From assembly GCA_965227405.1 (NCBI GenBank), contig OZ245758.1:3060338-3124337 (forward strand): DNA of 64,000 nucleotides, in the 5' to 3' direction. The notes beneath the pieces are model-generated. The model was not told the origin of the DNA. It made no database searches and was given only the letters and a program-made list of their open reading frames with translations. The DNA comes from Polyangiales bacterium (GTDB taxonomy: Bacteria > Myxococcota_A > Polyangia > Polyangiales > Houyiibacteriaceae). A program made the translations under genes and the position numbers. Of the stretch, positions 1 to 9,199 are shown piece after piece (the stretch's first letter is position 1; each line of letters opens with the position of its first letter).

Positions 1-119
1 GCGAACGCCGCGCCGAGCCATCCGACAAGTGACGCGTCAAGCACGTCGCCAACGAAGACCAACGCAGCTCCGAAGAGCACCGCAGCGGTCAGCGCTAGAG
101 GAAGTCCGAGTCGCTTCAT
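1..119 (-). CDS. Partial CDS (N-terminal 39 codons; gene continues upstream of window): hydrophobic N-terminus MKRLGLPLALTAAVLFGAALVFVG...; putative membrane/secreted protein translationally coupled (ATGA) to the ABC permease stop
   Basis: ATG at 119..117 overlaps TGA stop (118..116) of permease; open to window edge; signal/TM-like N-terminus. Confidence 0.4.
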   Translation of the reverse strand, partial: MKRLGLPLALTAAVLFGAALVFVGDVLDASLVGWLGAAF

Positions 120-844
120 GCGGACCTCCGTCGCGCAACCAGTCGTGTCGCGATCAAGAGGCCCAAGTACGTGAGCGAAACGAGGTACACGACGTCGCTC
201 AGCTGCAGCAGACCGCGTCGAAAACTGCGGTGGTGGTTCCACACAGGAGCAAGTGCACGCAGCCAAGCACGCCACGTGGGTTCGGCGATGTCGGCGACGT
301 AGTAGCTGAGTTCCATCAGTCCCAACACCGCGCCGGTCAGTGCAACGGCTAGCAACCCGTAGCGTGTACTTGCCGCCGCTGCGCTTCCGATCGCGAGTAC
401 GGCAGCGCCGACCAGGAGCATGCCCAGGTAGCCTGCGCCGATGTGACCAAGCGAGACCGTACCGTTGACGAAAATCAGTGCCGGTAAGTAGAGCGAGGCC
501 AGGGTGACTGCGCCCAACACCCCAAACGCGCCCAGGAACTTCCCGACGACGATGTCGCGATCTCGGACAGGCGCCGACAACAAGAGTGGCGCCGTCGACT
601 CACCGAGAACCAAGCGCACGGACATCAGCGCGGCAATCGCTTCCACGACGAAGCCCGCGTTCAGCAGAAATGTTTCCAGAACAAGCGTGCTCGCGCGTCG
701 GCCTGTACCGATCGCGACTGCGTTGAGCTGCAATCCGTTGAGGACCAGAGATGCCGCAGCCAACACGTAGCCTGCGGGCGTGCGAAACCACGCGCCAAAC
801 TCGCGCTTGGCAATGGTCAGCGCTGCGATTCTGGTCGGTCTCAA
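116..844 (-). CDS. ABC-2 family transporter permease (6 TM)
   Basis: ORF 242 aa, multi-TM hydrophobic profile; start overlaps (ATGA) stop of upstream ABC ATPase. Confidence 0.7.
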   Translation of the reverse strand: MRPTRIAALTIAKREFGAWFRTPAGYVLAAASLVLNGLQLNAVAIGTGRRASTLVLETFLLNAGFVVEAIAALMSVRLVLGESTAPLLLSAPVRDRDIVVGKFLGAFGVLGAVTLASLYLPALIFVNGTVSLGHIGAGYLGMLLVGAAVLAIGSAAAASTRYGLLAVALTGAVLGLMELSYYVADIAEPTWRAWLRALAPVWNHHRSFRRGLLQLSDVVYLVSLTYLGLLIATRLVARRRSA

Positions 845-1719
845 GCGTCCGCCACCAATTCTGCGAACACGCGTTCGAGTGGATCTCTTGCGGGTTCAAG
901 CGTGAGCAGCTCGCCATGCTCGACGACAACACGGGCAACGTCGGCACGCACATCTCGGTCCGCCCGAACGGTGATGGTGTCCGCGGCCTCGACGTGCACC
1001 TCGCCGATCGCGGCCAGTGCATCGCGGATGGTGTTGGTGTCGCCACCGAAGACCACGCGGATGGGTCTGTGTTCGCGTGGGCCGAGCTCGTCGCTTGAAC
1101 CACGAGCTGCAACACGGCCTTCGTGAATCACCACGACTTCGTCACAAAGCCCATGCACCTGACCGAGGATGTGTGTGCTGACGACGATGGTGTGTTCGCC
1201 GCGAAGGCTGAGAACGAGTTCACGCATCTCGACGATTTGCAGTGGGTCGAGTCCCTGGTTGGGCTCGTCCAAGATCAACACCGAGGGGTCGTGCAGCAGC
1301 GCTTGTGCGATCGCGACGCGTTGTCGGTATCCGTGCGAGAGCGTGTGAATGGGGGCGTCGAACACGTCTTCCAGCGCACAACGTTCACGGATGGCGGCGA
1401 CGCGTTTGTCGATGGACTCCAAGCGTCGCAGCTCGCCCACAAAGCGCAGGTAGTGGTCGACGCGCATGTCGTCGTAGAGCGGTGGACGATCCGGAACAAA
1501 CCCAATGCGATCACGCGCAAGCGAGCACTCGGCACCGTCGATTCGCACGTGGCCGTGCGTGGGCTCGAGCAGCCCCACAATCATGCGAAGCGTGGTGGTC
1601 TTGCCTGCACCGTTGAGTCCGAGAAGCCCCACTAGTGCACCACGCTCGATCGTCAGTTCGAGGTCGCGTACCGCAGCGTGCGGTCCGTACCACTTCGAAA
1701 CGTGGTCGAGCTCGATCAC
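841..1719 (-). CDS. ABC transporter ATP-binding protein
   Basis: Walker A GLNGAGKTT, ABC signature LSHGYRQR, Walker B ILDEP. Confidence 0.9.
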   Translation of the reverse strand: MIELDHVSKWYGPHAAVRDLELTIERGALVGLLGLNGAGKTTTLRMIVGLLEPTHGHVRIDGAECSLARDRIGFVPDRPPLYDDMRVDHYLRFVGELRRLESIDKRVAAIRERCALEDVFDAPIHTLSHGYRQRVAIAQALLHDPSVLILDEPNQGLDPLQIVEMRELVLSLRGEHTIVVSTHILGQVHGLCDEVVVIHEGRVAARGSSDELGPREHRPIRVVFGGDTNTIRDALAAIGEVHVEAADTITVRADRDVRADVARVVVEHGELLTLEPARDPLERVFAELVADA

Positions 1720-1739
1720 GTCGTGGGGTTAACCGGAGA

Positions 1740-2312
1740 TCAGGGCTCGGTCGAGCCGTAGCCCAACAACTCGGCGCGAACGGTAGCGGTTCGTCCGCTG
1801 ATCTGCGCATCCATGGACGACTCGACCACCACAGGGCCGACATCTGGACAGTAGATCGTCATGATGCGGCGGCCATCTCTGCCCCCGCCTTCCTCGACTC
1901 GAACACAACGCTCGAAGGTTCCAGCCGCGGTCTCGATCTGGACGTCCGTGCTCGCAATACGTGCGGTCCGTCCGGATCCAGCCGACCACTCGCGCCCCTC
2001 TTCGATCGGGTTGCGAATCAACCAGCTCTCCGTTGCGACGGCGAAGATCCCTTCAGGGCGAACCTCGTAGCGAACGGTGTCGCTGCGGTTGTTCTGGATC
2101 TCGAAACGATTCCCTTCCACACCCACCACGCGCGAGATCGCGAGCGTGGGAGGTTCGTCGCCACCGGTGTCGACGTTGTACGACCAGACCTGACCTTCGG
2201 CGAGCGGGTAGAGCCGTTCGACGGTCACCGGCTCCGTGTTCTCGGGTGCCTGGGTGCTGCCGCACGCGCCGAGCAGCAGAAGGACAAGAGTGGGGAGTCG
2301 ACGCATGTCCAC
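1740..2312 (-). CDS. Hypothetical lipoprotein
   Basis: N-term MDMRRLPTLVLLLLGACGS lipobox; 190 aa. Confidence 0.55.
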   Translation of the reverse strand: MDMRRLPTLVLLLLGACGSTQAPENTEPVTVERLYPLAEGQVWSYNVDTGGDEPPTLAISRVVGVEGNRFEIQNNRSDTVRYEVRPEGIFAVATESWLIRNPIEEGREWSAGSGRTARIASTDVQIETAAGTFERCVRVEEGGGRDGRRIMTIYCPDVGPVVVESSMDAQISGRTATVRAELLGYGSTEP

Positions 2313-2342
2313 CTACTTAGTCGGAGTCCGGAAGCAAAACAT

Positions 2343-2639
2343 TCAGAAAACGTATTTGCTGCAAATCCAGACGAAGAACGCGAGACAAAGGACCAAGACG
2401 GAGATTGGGGCGGGATCGATGGCGGTCTTTCGACGCAGCTCCAACGCCGCGCGCGCGGTTTCTGGATCGCTGGAGTCCACCAATGTTGCGGCAAGCTCTC
2501 GCACGCGCGCGAAGTTGCCCGCATCGAATGCTGCGCGCGCTTCGGCAAGCGGACCGGATTCCGTGACCTCTTCGGTCGCTTCCGCTTCCTCGGATTCCGT
2601 CTCGGTCTCGCTCTCGCTCTCGCTTTCCGAGCTCACCAA
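2343..2639 (-). CDS. Small acidic protein with N-terminal (SE/TE)n low-complexity repeat and C-terminal TM anchor
   Basis: MVSSESESESETETESEE...; C-term VLVLCLAFFVWIC hydrophobic. Confidence 0.4.
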   Translation of the reverse strand: MVSSESESESETETESEEAEATEEVTESGPLAEARAAFDAGNFARVRELAATLVDSSDPETARAALELRRKTAIDPAPISVLVLCLAFFVWICSKYVF

Positions 2640-2659
2640 CCGAGCATGGTTCGGTCCAC

Positions 2660-3517
2660 GTGGTAATTCGAACCCTTTTTCGCTATCCCGCCCCCATGAC
2701 CATCTTTCGAGGCGGGCTTTTCGAAGGCGACGTGGCGATTATCACCGGCGGCGGCACGGGAATCGGTCTGACCGTGGCCAAGGAGCTGGTGGCGCTTGGT
2801 GCCGATGTCGCGATTTGCGGACGACGTCTCGAACCCTTGGAAGCCGCAAGCGAAGAAATCAAAGCCGTGCGTGAAGGTGCGCGTGTGCACTTCGCAACGT
2901 GCGACATCCGCGACTACGAAGCCGTCGAGACCTTTGTGGATGGCGTGAAGGACGCACTCGGCAAAGTCGACATTCTCGTCAACAACGCGGGCGGTCAGTT
3001 TCCGACCACGGCGCAGCATCTCAAGTCCAAGGGCTTCGAAGCTGTGGTGCGCAACAACCTCGTGGGCACCTGGAACTTCACACACGCTGTCGCAACGCGC
3101 GCGTTCATTCCTCAGAAGCGCGGACGCATCGTCAACGTGATCGCGCAGGTCGCGCGCGGCTTTCCGGGAATGGTGCACACGGGTGCTGCACGTGCGGGTG
3201 TGGACAACATGACCAAGACGCTGTCGATCGAATGGTCGCAACACGGTGTGCGTGTAAACGCGGTCGCACCGGGGGTGATCAAAACCAGCGGAACCAAGCA
3301 GTACCCACCGCAGCTGTTGGAAGACGCCAAGAAGGCCAATCCATTGAAGCGTTTGGGTGCGCAGGAAGAAGTCTCGCACCTGATCGTGTATCTCGTGTCG
3401 AAGCAGGCCGACTTTGTGACCGGACAAACGTTCTATATCGATGGTGGCGCGAGCTTGTGGGGCGAGCAGTGGCCCATTCCGGAAGACATTCCGAAGTTCC
3501 CGCCCTACGAGATCTAG
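2660..3517 (+). CDS. SDR family NAD(P)-dependent oxidoreductase (2,4-dienoyl-CoA/enoyl reductase-like)
   Basis: TGGGTGIG Rossmann motif, NNAG, YxxxK-like region; alternative ATG start at 2693; TAG stop. Confidence 0.85.
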   Translation: MVIRTLFRYPAPMTIFRGGLFEGDVAIITGGGTGIGLTVAKELVALGADVAICGRRLEPLEAASEEIKAVREGARVHFATCDIRDYEAVETFVDGVKDALGKVDILVNNAGGQFPTTAQHLKSKGFEAVVRNNLVGTWNFTHAVATRAFIPQKRGRIVNVIAQVARGFPGMVHTGAARAGVDNMTKTLSIEWSQHGVRVNAVAPGVIKTSGTKQYPPQLLEDAKKANPLKRLGAQEEVSHLIVYLVSKQADFVTGQTFYIDGGASLWGEQWPIPEDIPKFPPYEI

Positions 3518-3780
3518 CGCGAGTTTCGAAAAACAACCGGTAGGAACAGCTTCGAGGAACGGGTTTCGTGGGAGACCAATTATTTTTTCGAAGACTGAAA
3601 GACGTGCCAAGCGAGCAAAGCCTTGACTGGTTTGGTCATTTGACCGACTTCGAAAAAATGATCGCTATCCCCGCCTAAGCTTCCGTACTCCCGAACTTCC
3701 ACGCTTCCGGATCCGCGGAGCGGAATGCTGCCTATGCGGAACAGCTTCGCGGATACCGCAGTTTGCGGTAGTCCCTCTTC

Positions 3781-4986
3781 GTGAGCCGAAAACTCCTCTG
3801 GCTGATCCCCATGGCGATTACGGTCGCGTTGGGCACGTACGCGTTTCGAGCAAAGAAGGGTCCGCGCGTCGATGGCGTGACGCCGGTCCGCGCACCCCTG
3901 GTTCAAACTCTGGTGACATCAGGTCGCGTTGTTCAGCGCCGCCAAAGCCAATTGGGTGCGCAGGTGCAATCGACGGTTGTCGAAGTTCCCGTCGACGAAG
4001 GTGATGAGGTCGAAGCCGACGCGCTGCTCGTGCGCTTGGCTGATGATGAAGCGCGCGCGGCACTGCAAGAAGCCGAGGCATCGGTCGCCGAAGCGGAGGC
4101 GCGACTCCAACGAGTGCAAGGTGTTGGGCGCCGCATGGCCGCCCAGTCGTTGCGGCAAGCTCGAATCGACGCCGATCAGGCGCAGGCCGAACTCACGCGA
4201 CAAGAGTCACTGTTTTCGCGAGGAGCGATCAGCGAAGCATCGCTGGAACGTGCGCGACGCGAACGGGACGGGACCCGTAGTCGCAGGATCGCTGCGTCGA
4301 TCGAAGTTGCCGCGTCGGCACCCCAAGGCAGCGATGTCCAAGCCGCGGCAGCAACACTTGCACGCGCTCAGGCGAGGCTGCGCGCGGCCGAGGTGGGATT
4401 GAGCCGCACCCAGTTGCGTGCACCCAGTGCGGGAGTCGTGCTGATTCGCCACGTGGAAACGGGTGAGGTCGTAAGACCGGGTGAAGTGTTAATGACCTTT
4501 GCTGGTGAAGGGCCCCTGGAAGTGCGCGTACAACCCGACGAATCGAATCTTCGCCGACTCGAAGTGGGCCAGCGCGCGTTGGTGTCGGCCGAAGCGTTTC
4601 CCGATCGCGCTGTGAACGCTCAAGTCGCGCGCATTGCTCCATCGGTGGATCCCACGCGTGGCACGATCGAAGTAGAGATTTCGCTCGACGATCAAGCGGA
4701 CTTGCGACCGGACATGACGGTCAGCGTGGAGATCGAAGTGGGTCGCACCGAAGAAGCGCTGGTCGTTCCGATCGGGCTGATTCGCGACTTGGGTTCGGAT
4801 CGACCGTGGGTGTTGGTGGCGCACGAGGGAACTGCACGTCGCCGTGAGGTCACGCTTGGGCTCGAAGGCGACGACCGAGTGGAGGTGACGGAAGGGTTGG
4901 ACGAACAGGCGGTGCTCATCGCGCCGACGGTGCCGATCGACGAAGACGATCCGGTGCGCATTCGAAGTGCTGAGCCCGCGAGCTGA
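3781..4986 (+). CDS. Efflux transporter periplasmic adaptor subunit (HlyD/MacA family membrane fusion protein)
   Basis: N-term TM, coiled-coil region, beta-barrel C-term typical of MFP; precedes FtsX permease and ABC ATPase. Confidence 0.8.
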   Translation: MSRKLLWLIPMAITVALGTYAFRAKKGPRVDGVTPVRAPLVQTLVTSGRVVQRRQSQLGAQVQSTVVEVPVDEGDEVEADALLVRLADDEARAALQEAEASVAEAEARLQRVQGVGRRMAAQSLRQARIDADQAQAELTRQESLFSRGAISEASLERARRERDGTRSRRIAASIEVAASAPQGSDVQAAAATLARAQARLRAAEVGLSRTQLRAPSAGVVLIRHVETGEVVRPGEVLMTFAGEGPLEVRVQPDESNLRRLEVGQRALVSAEAFPDRAVNAQVARIAPSVDPTRGTIEVEISLDDQADLRPDMTVSVEIEVGRTEEALVVPIGLIRDLGSDRPWVLVAHEGTARRREVTLGLEGDDRVEVTEGLDEQAVLIAPTVPIDEDDPVRIRSAEPAS

Positions 4987-6179
4987 TGCTGCCGCTGAAC
5001 CTGGCGTGGAAGTTCATCCGCGAAGGGCGAACGCAATCGGTGCTGATCATCGTTGGCGTAGGTGTTGGTATCGGTGCGTTCGTATTTGTGTCCGCGATTA
5101 TCACCGGGCTGCAGGCGGACATGATCGAACGAACGTTAGGGACGCAAGCGCACCTGGTCATTGAATCCGAGGAGCCGCCGCCCCGTCCCTTAATGACCGA
5201 CGAGGACGCTTTGTTCGCGCGGCGCATTGAACCTGCACAGCCGCGCCGCAGACCCTTCGATCAGTGGCAGCGTGCTGTGCGTCGAATGGAGTCGGTGGAC
5301 GGTGTCGTCGCGGTGTGTCCTAAGGTTGCCGGCTCCGTGTTGGTGCAACGTGGTGCGACCCAGAAGGGAGCGTTGCTCATCGGTGCCGACCCGACACGTC
5401 TACGACGGATTGTGGATCTTGCGTCCGACATTCAAAGTGGCGAGTACCGGCTAGGCAGCGACGACGCGTTGATCGGAGACATCCTCGCAGCGGACTTGGG
5501 TGTGAGCGTGGGTGATCCGATCCGCGTGGTCAGCGATCGTCGCGAGCAAACCTTGCGAATCGCAGGGATCTATCACGCAGGTGCCCAAGCCGTAGATGGA
5601 GGTTGGGTTGTGACTTCGCTGCGCCGTGCACAAACTTTGCTCGATCGAATCGGCGATGTGACCGCGATCGATGCGCGCGTGGAAGACCCGTTTGAAGCCG
5701 ATGTGATTGCAGCACGTGCACGCGAGGCCACCAACCTCGAAATCGATTCATGGATGGGTCGCAACCAAGAGTTGCTCACCGCGCTCCGCTCTCAAAACCA
5801 AACCACCATGATGATTCGCGTCTTTGTGTTGATCGCGGTGGCGATGGGTATCGCCAGTGTCCTCTTCGTGAACATCATGCAGCGGCGCGGTCAGATCGGC
5901 ATCCTACGTGCCGTGGGAACGCGTCGTCGCACCGTGCTGGCCATCTTTCTCTGGCAGGGAACTCTACTCGGCGCGATCGGGTCCATGCTTGGCGTGATGA
6001 TAGGCGTGCTCTCGGCCAAGTCACTGGAGGGCGTCGCATTCTTCGAGATCCGCATCGCGCCATCGCTGGTCGCTACGGCCTTTGTGATCTCGATCCTGGT
6101 GGGTGTGGTTGCGGCGTTCTTTCCCGCACGACGCGCCGCGAGCATGGATCCCGTCGATGCGATTCGAGGCGACGGATGA
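4986..6179 (+). CDS. ABC transporter permease, FtsX/MacB/LolC family
   Basis: N-term TM + large periplasmic domain + 3 C-term TM; 397 aa. Confidence 0.85.
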   Translation: MLPLNLAWKFIREGRTQSVLIIVGVGVGIGAFVFVSAIITGLQADMIERTLGTQAHLVIESEEPPPRPLMTDEDALFARRIEPAQPRRRPFDQWQRAVRRMESVDGVVAVCPKVAGSVLVQRGATQKGALLIGADPTRLRRIVDLASDIQSGEYRLGSDDALIGDILAADLGVSVGDPIRVVSDRREQTLRIAGIYHAGAQAVDGGWVVTSLRRAQTLLDRIGDVTAIDARVEDPFEADVIAARAREATNLEIDSWMGRNQELLTALRSQNQTTMMIRVFVLIAVAMGIASVLFVNIMQRRGQIGILRAVGTRRRTVLAIFLWQGTLLGAIGSMLGVMIGVLSAKSLEGVAFFEIRIAPSLVATAFVISILVGVVAAFFPARRAASMDPVDAIRGDG

Positions 6180-6877
6180 GTGACGTCATTCTCGCGCTAC
6201 GTGAGGTGCGCAAGTCGTACGGGGGCGAAGTACCCGTCGAGGTGTTGCACGGGATCGACCTGGAGATCCGAAAAGGCGAATTGGTTGCGTTGGTAGGCCC
6301 TTCGGGCTCGGGGAAGAGCACGCTGCTCAATCAGATCGGTCTGTTGGATCGCCCGACATCGGGAACGATTGAGGTGCTCGGACGCGATACGAGTGGACTC
6401 GACGACGAAGCCATTACGCGAATGCGTGGCGAGGCATTGGGGTTCATCTTCCAATTTCATCACCTTTTGCCGGCGCTTTCGGTGGCGGAAAACGTCATGC
6501 TTCCTGCAGCCGCGATGAATGGTGGATTTGCGCCAGCGATGTCGGAAACTGCGCACTCGCTGCTCGATGCGATGGGGCTGGGGGATCGCATGGATGCTCG
6601 GCCGCGTGAGCTCTCCGGTGGCATGCAGCAGCGTGTCGCCATTGCGCGTGCGTTGATGAACAACCCGCCGCTGGTGTTGGCGGATGAGCCTACCGGAAAC
6701 CTCGATACCGCCACGAGCGATCGGGTGTTCGCGTTGCTGAAGAGTCGCAACGAAGAGCAGTCGACCGCGTTTCTAATCGTGACGCACGACGAGTCGCTCG
6801 CGGCGCGTTGTGGTCGCGTCATCAAGATCGTAGACGGAAAGATCGTCGGCGATGGGGATCCTTCGGACGTGCTCTAA
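6176..6877 (+). CDS. ABC transporter ATP-binding protein (MacB/LolD type)
   Basis: ATG at 6176 overlaps TGA of permease (ATGA); GPSGSGKST Walker A, LSGGMQQRVAIARAL, LADEPTGNLD. The ORF-track N-extension from 5750 is rejected. Confidence 0.9.
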   Translation: MSDVILALREVRKSYGGEVPVEVLHGIDLEIRKGELVALVGPSGSGKSTLLNQIGLLDRPTSGTIEVLGRDTSGLDDEAITRMRGEALGFIFQFHHLLPALSVAENVMLPAAAMNGGFAPAMSETAHSLLDAMGLGDRMDARPRELSGGMQQRVAIARALMNNPPLVLADEPTGNLDTATSDRVFALLKSRNEEQSTAFLIVTHDESLAARCGRVIKIVDGKIVGDGDPSDVL

Positions 6878-7761
6878 TCACGCCCTTGGCTGCGCGCTTG
6901 GCGTTTTCGGTACGCTTCAGCCACCGCGACGATCAACTCCAGCGGTTCGGCAAACCACGCAGCATCGATCTTTCCTGCAACAAGTCCGTCCGCGAGCACC
7001 AGCTGCAAACAACGACGCGGTGGCGAGTTCTCTCGTCCCGGCGGTTGATGTTGGGACTCGCGAAACTCACCGACGGAAGGCCAGTTGAACGCGCGCGGTC
7101 CTTGCGGAAGTCCAACCACACAACCATCGGGCGCAAGGACCAGCACGCGCGGCTTGCGCGAACGAAGTCGAATCGAGCGCCAGTTGGACGCCAGTGCGAC
7201 GGGAACACTCGCCCCCACCACCACACCAGCAGCCGCAGCGCCAACAGCGACGAGTGGGATGCCCGTGAGAGCGCCGGCATACAGACCGGCGAGTCCGCCC
7301 GCGGAACCTGCTGCAAAGAGATCGAGACTGCGTCGCCACCAACCACCTGGACCGGCACCGACGGGGACCTCCAGTGCACCGGGAAGGTCGCCGCGTTCCA
7401 ACACCCGCTGCATCAACGCGTCGGCTTCGAGAAGCGGTCGTCGTGGACCCATGTCGCGGTATCCACGTTGTGCGATCCGACTGCGCACTTGCGTCGCCAG
7501 TGCGTCGAGATCGGTGACACCTGCGGGTAGATCTTGCGGACGAATCTCGAACCATGGTGGGTCGGGTGGCTTGCGCGGCACCAACACAAACGCGCGTTTG
7601 GGGGCTTCGGCGGGCACTAGCGCGACCCCGAACACTTGGTCCCACGTCGCGTCGAACGACGTCCCCGATTGGATAAAGGTCACGCCGTTTGCGGTCAGTT
7701 GCGTGCCTCGACGCACGGCTGGGTCGGAGATGTGAAGTCTCGCTTTGACCCAGTCATCCAT
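6874..7761 (-). CDS. Hypothetical protein with Gly/Ala-rich hydrophobic segment
   Basis: Long ORF; ATG at 7761 gives sensible divergent arrangement with helicase; alternative starts 7842/7881. Confidence 0.4.
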   Translation of the reverse strand: MDDWVKARLHISDPAVRRGTQLTANGVTFIQSGTSFDATWDQVFGVALVPAEAPKRAFVLVPRKPPDPPWFEIRPQDLPAGVTDLDALATQVRSRIAQRGYRDMGPRRPLLEADALMQRVLERGDLPGALEVPVGAGPGGWWRRSLDLFAAGSAGGLAGLYAGALTGIPLVAVGAAAAGVVVGASVPVALASNWRSIRLRSRKPRVLVLAPDGCVVGLPQGPRAFNWPSVGEFRESQHQPPGRENSPPRRCLQLVLADGLVAGKIDAAWFAEPLELIVAVAEAYRKRQARSQGRD

Positions 7762-7840
7762 CTTTCTGAACCGTGGCACACAACTGAATCGCTCGCTGTC
7801 CGATATGAGCAATCGGATGAACCGTGCTAACACTGCGCGC

Positions 7841-9199
7841 ATGATCAGACTCCGATTTGTCGGAGGCACCATCGAGATCACGGGGGCCGAAGAGGACGCG
7901 AGCTTTCCGCGAGCGCGGTGGGACAGCCGCGCGCGTTGCTTTCGAGCGCCCGGTTTCGCCTACGGCGACATCGTGATGCATCTGGTCCGAAGCGAAACCC
8001 CATACGAAGACGAAGCGCGCAACTACGCCGAGCTGCCTTCCGGTTTGCGCGTGCATCGCGAACCGCGTCCCTACCAACGTGCCGCGCTTCAGCAATGGCG
8101 AAAGAACCGCGGGCGCGGTGTCGTTGTTCTGCCAACAGGTGCGGGCAAGAGCCACGTTGCGATGATGGCGGCCGATGCGACGCGTCGTGCAACGCTCGTT
8201 GTGGCGCCGACTTTGGATCTCGTGCGTCAGTGGTACGACCTGCTTCGTTCGAGCTTCGGTTTGGATGTGGGCATTGTTGGTGGGGGTGAGCACGACGTAC
8301 GTGACCTGACCGTAACCACGTACGACTCGGCGTACATCCACATGGAGCACTTGGGTGCGCGGTTTGGATTGATCGTGTTCGACGAGTGCCACCACTTGCC
8401 TGGTGAGTCGTACACGTTGGCTGCGAAGCAGTGCCTGGCGCCTTACCGCTTGGGGTTGACGGCTACGCCTGACCGTCAAGATGGTCGGCACGAACTGCTC
8501 AACGAGTTGATCGGACCGATTGTGTATCGCGAAGAGATCGTCGGGATGAAAGGCGACTACCTCGCGGAGTACCGAACCGAGCGCATCTCGGTGGAGCTTT
8601 CGCCCGAAGAACGTCAGCAATACGAAGATGCGCGCCGCGTGTACCTCGCGTTCATCACCTCACAGGGCATCCGACTCAGCTCGCCGGGAGGATGGACCGA
8701 TTTCATCAAGCGTTCGTCGCGTTCGGAAGCCGGTCGACGCGCGATGGCGGCGTACCGCAAGCAGAAGAAACTCGCGTTCGCTGCACCTGCGAAGCTCGAC
8801 TACGTCTCGTTCTTGCTTGAGCAGCATCGCGACGATCGTTCGATTGTGTTCACGTCGGACAACGCGACTTGCTACGAGATTTCGAAACGCTACCTGGTTC
8901 CAGCGATCACGCACCAAACCAAGGTCAAAGAACGCAGCCACATCCTCGAAGCGTTTGCTGCAGGTACGTATCGTGCCGTTGTCACCTCCAAAGTGCTCAA
9001 CGAAGGCGTCGATGTTCCGGATGCAAACGTAGCGATCGTCGTCAGTGGTAGCGGCAGCGTCCGTGAACACGTGCAGCGACTCGGTCGCGTGCTGCGTAAA
9101 AAGGAAGGTAAGCGCGCCACGCTGTACGAGTTGATCACCGCGCGCACCGGCGAGGCGTACACCAGCGAGCGACGGAGGGATCACGTTGCTTACCGCTGA
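7841..9199 (+). CDS. XPB/Ssl2-like superfamily-2 DNA helicase (DEAH box)
   Basis: Motif I VVVLPTGAGKS, motif II DECHHL, LGLTATPDRQDG (RED-motif position), helicase C-terminal domain. Confidence 0.8.
   Translation: MIRLRFVGGTIEITGAEEDASFPRARWDSRARCFRAPGFAYGDIVMHLVRSETPYEDEARNYAELPSGLRVHREPRPYQRAALQQWRKNRGRGVVVLPTGAGKSHVAMMAADATRRATLVVAPTLDLVRQWYDLLRSSFGLDVGIVGGGEHDVRDLTVTTYDSAYIHMEHLGARFGLIVFDECHHLPGESYTLAAKQCLAPYRLGLTATPDRQDGRHELLNELIGPIVYREEIVGMKGDYLAEYRTERISVELSPEERQQYEDARRVYLAFITSQGIRLSSPGGWTDFIKRSSRSEAGRRAMAAYRKQKKLAFAAPAKLDYVSFLLEQHRDDRSIVFTSDNATCYEISKRYLVPAITHQTKVKERSHILEAFAAGTYRAVVTSKVLNEGVDVPDANVAIVVSGSGSVREHVQRLGRVLRKKEGKRATLYELITARTGEAYTSERRRDHVAYR

Noticed and set aside
29-352. 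107-aa plus-strand ORF at the window start
   Set aside because: It overlaps the ABC permease and the partial upstream membrane-protein gene on the minus strand; Arg/Gln-rich; no RBS or motifs.
5750-6175. ORF-track 375-aa version of the ABC ATPase starting at 5750
   Set aside because: The N-terminal 142 aa are Arg-rich junk overlapping the permease gene in another frame. The real ATG at 6176 overlaps the permease stop and begins with the canonical ABC N-terminus.
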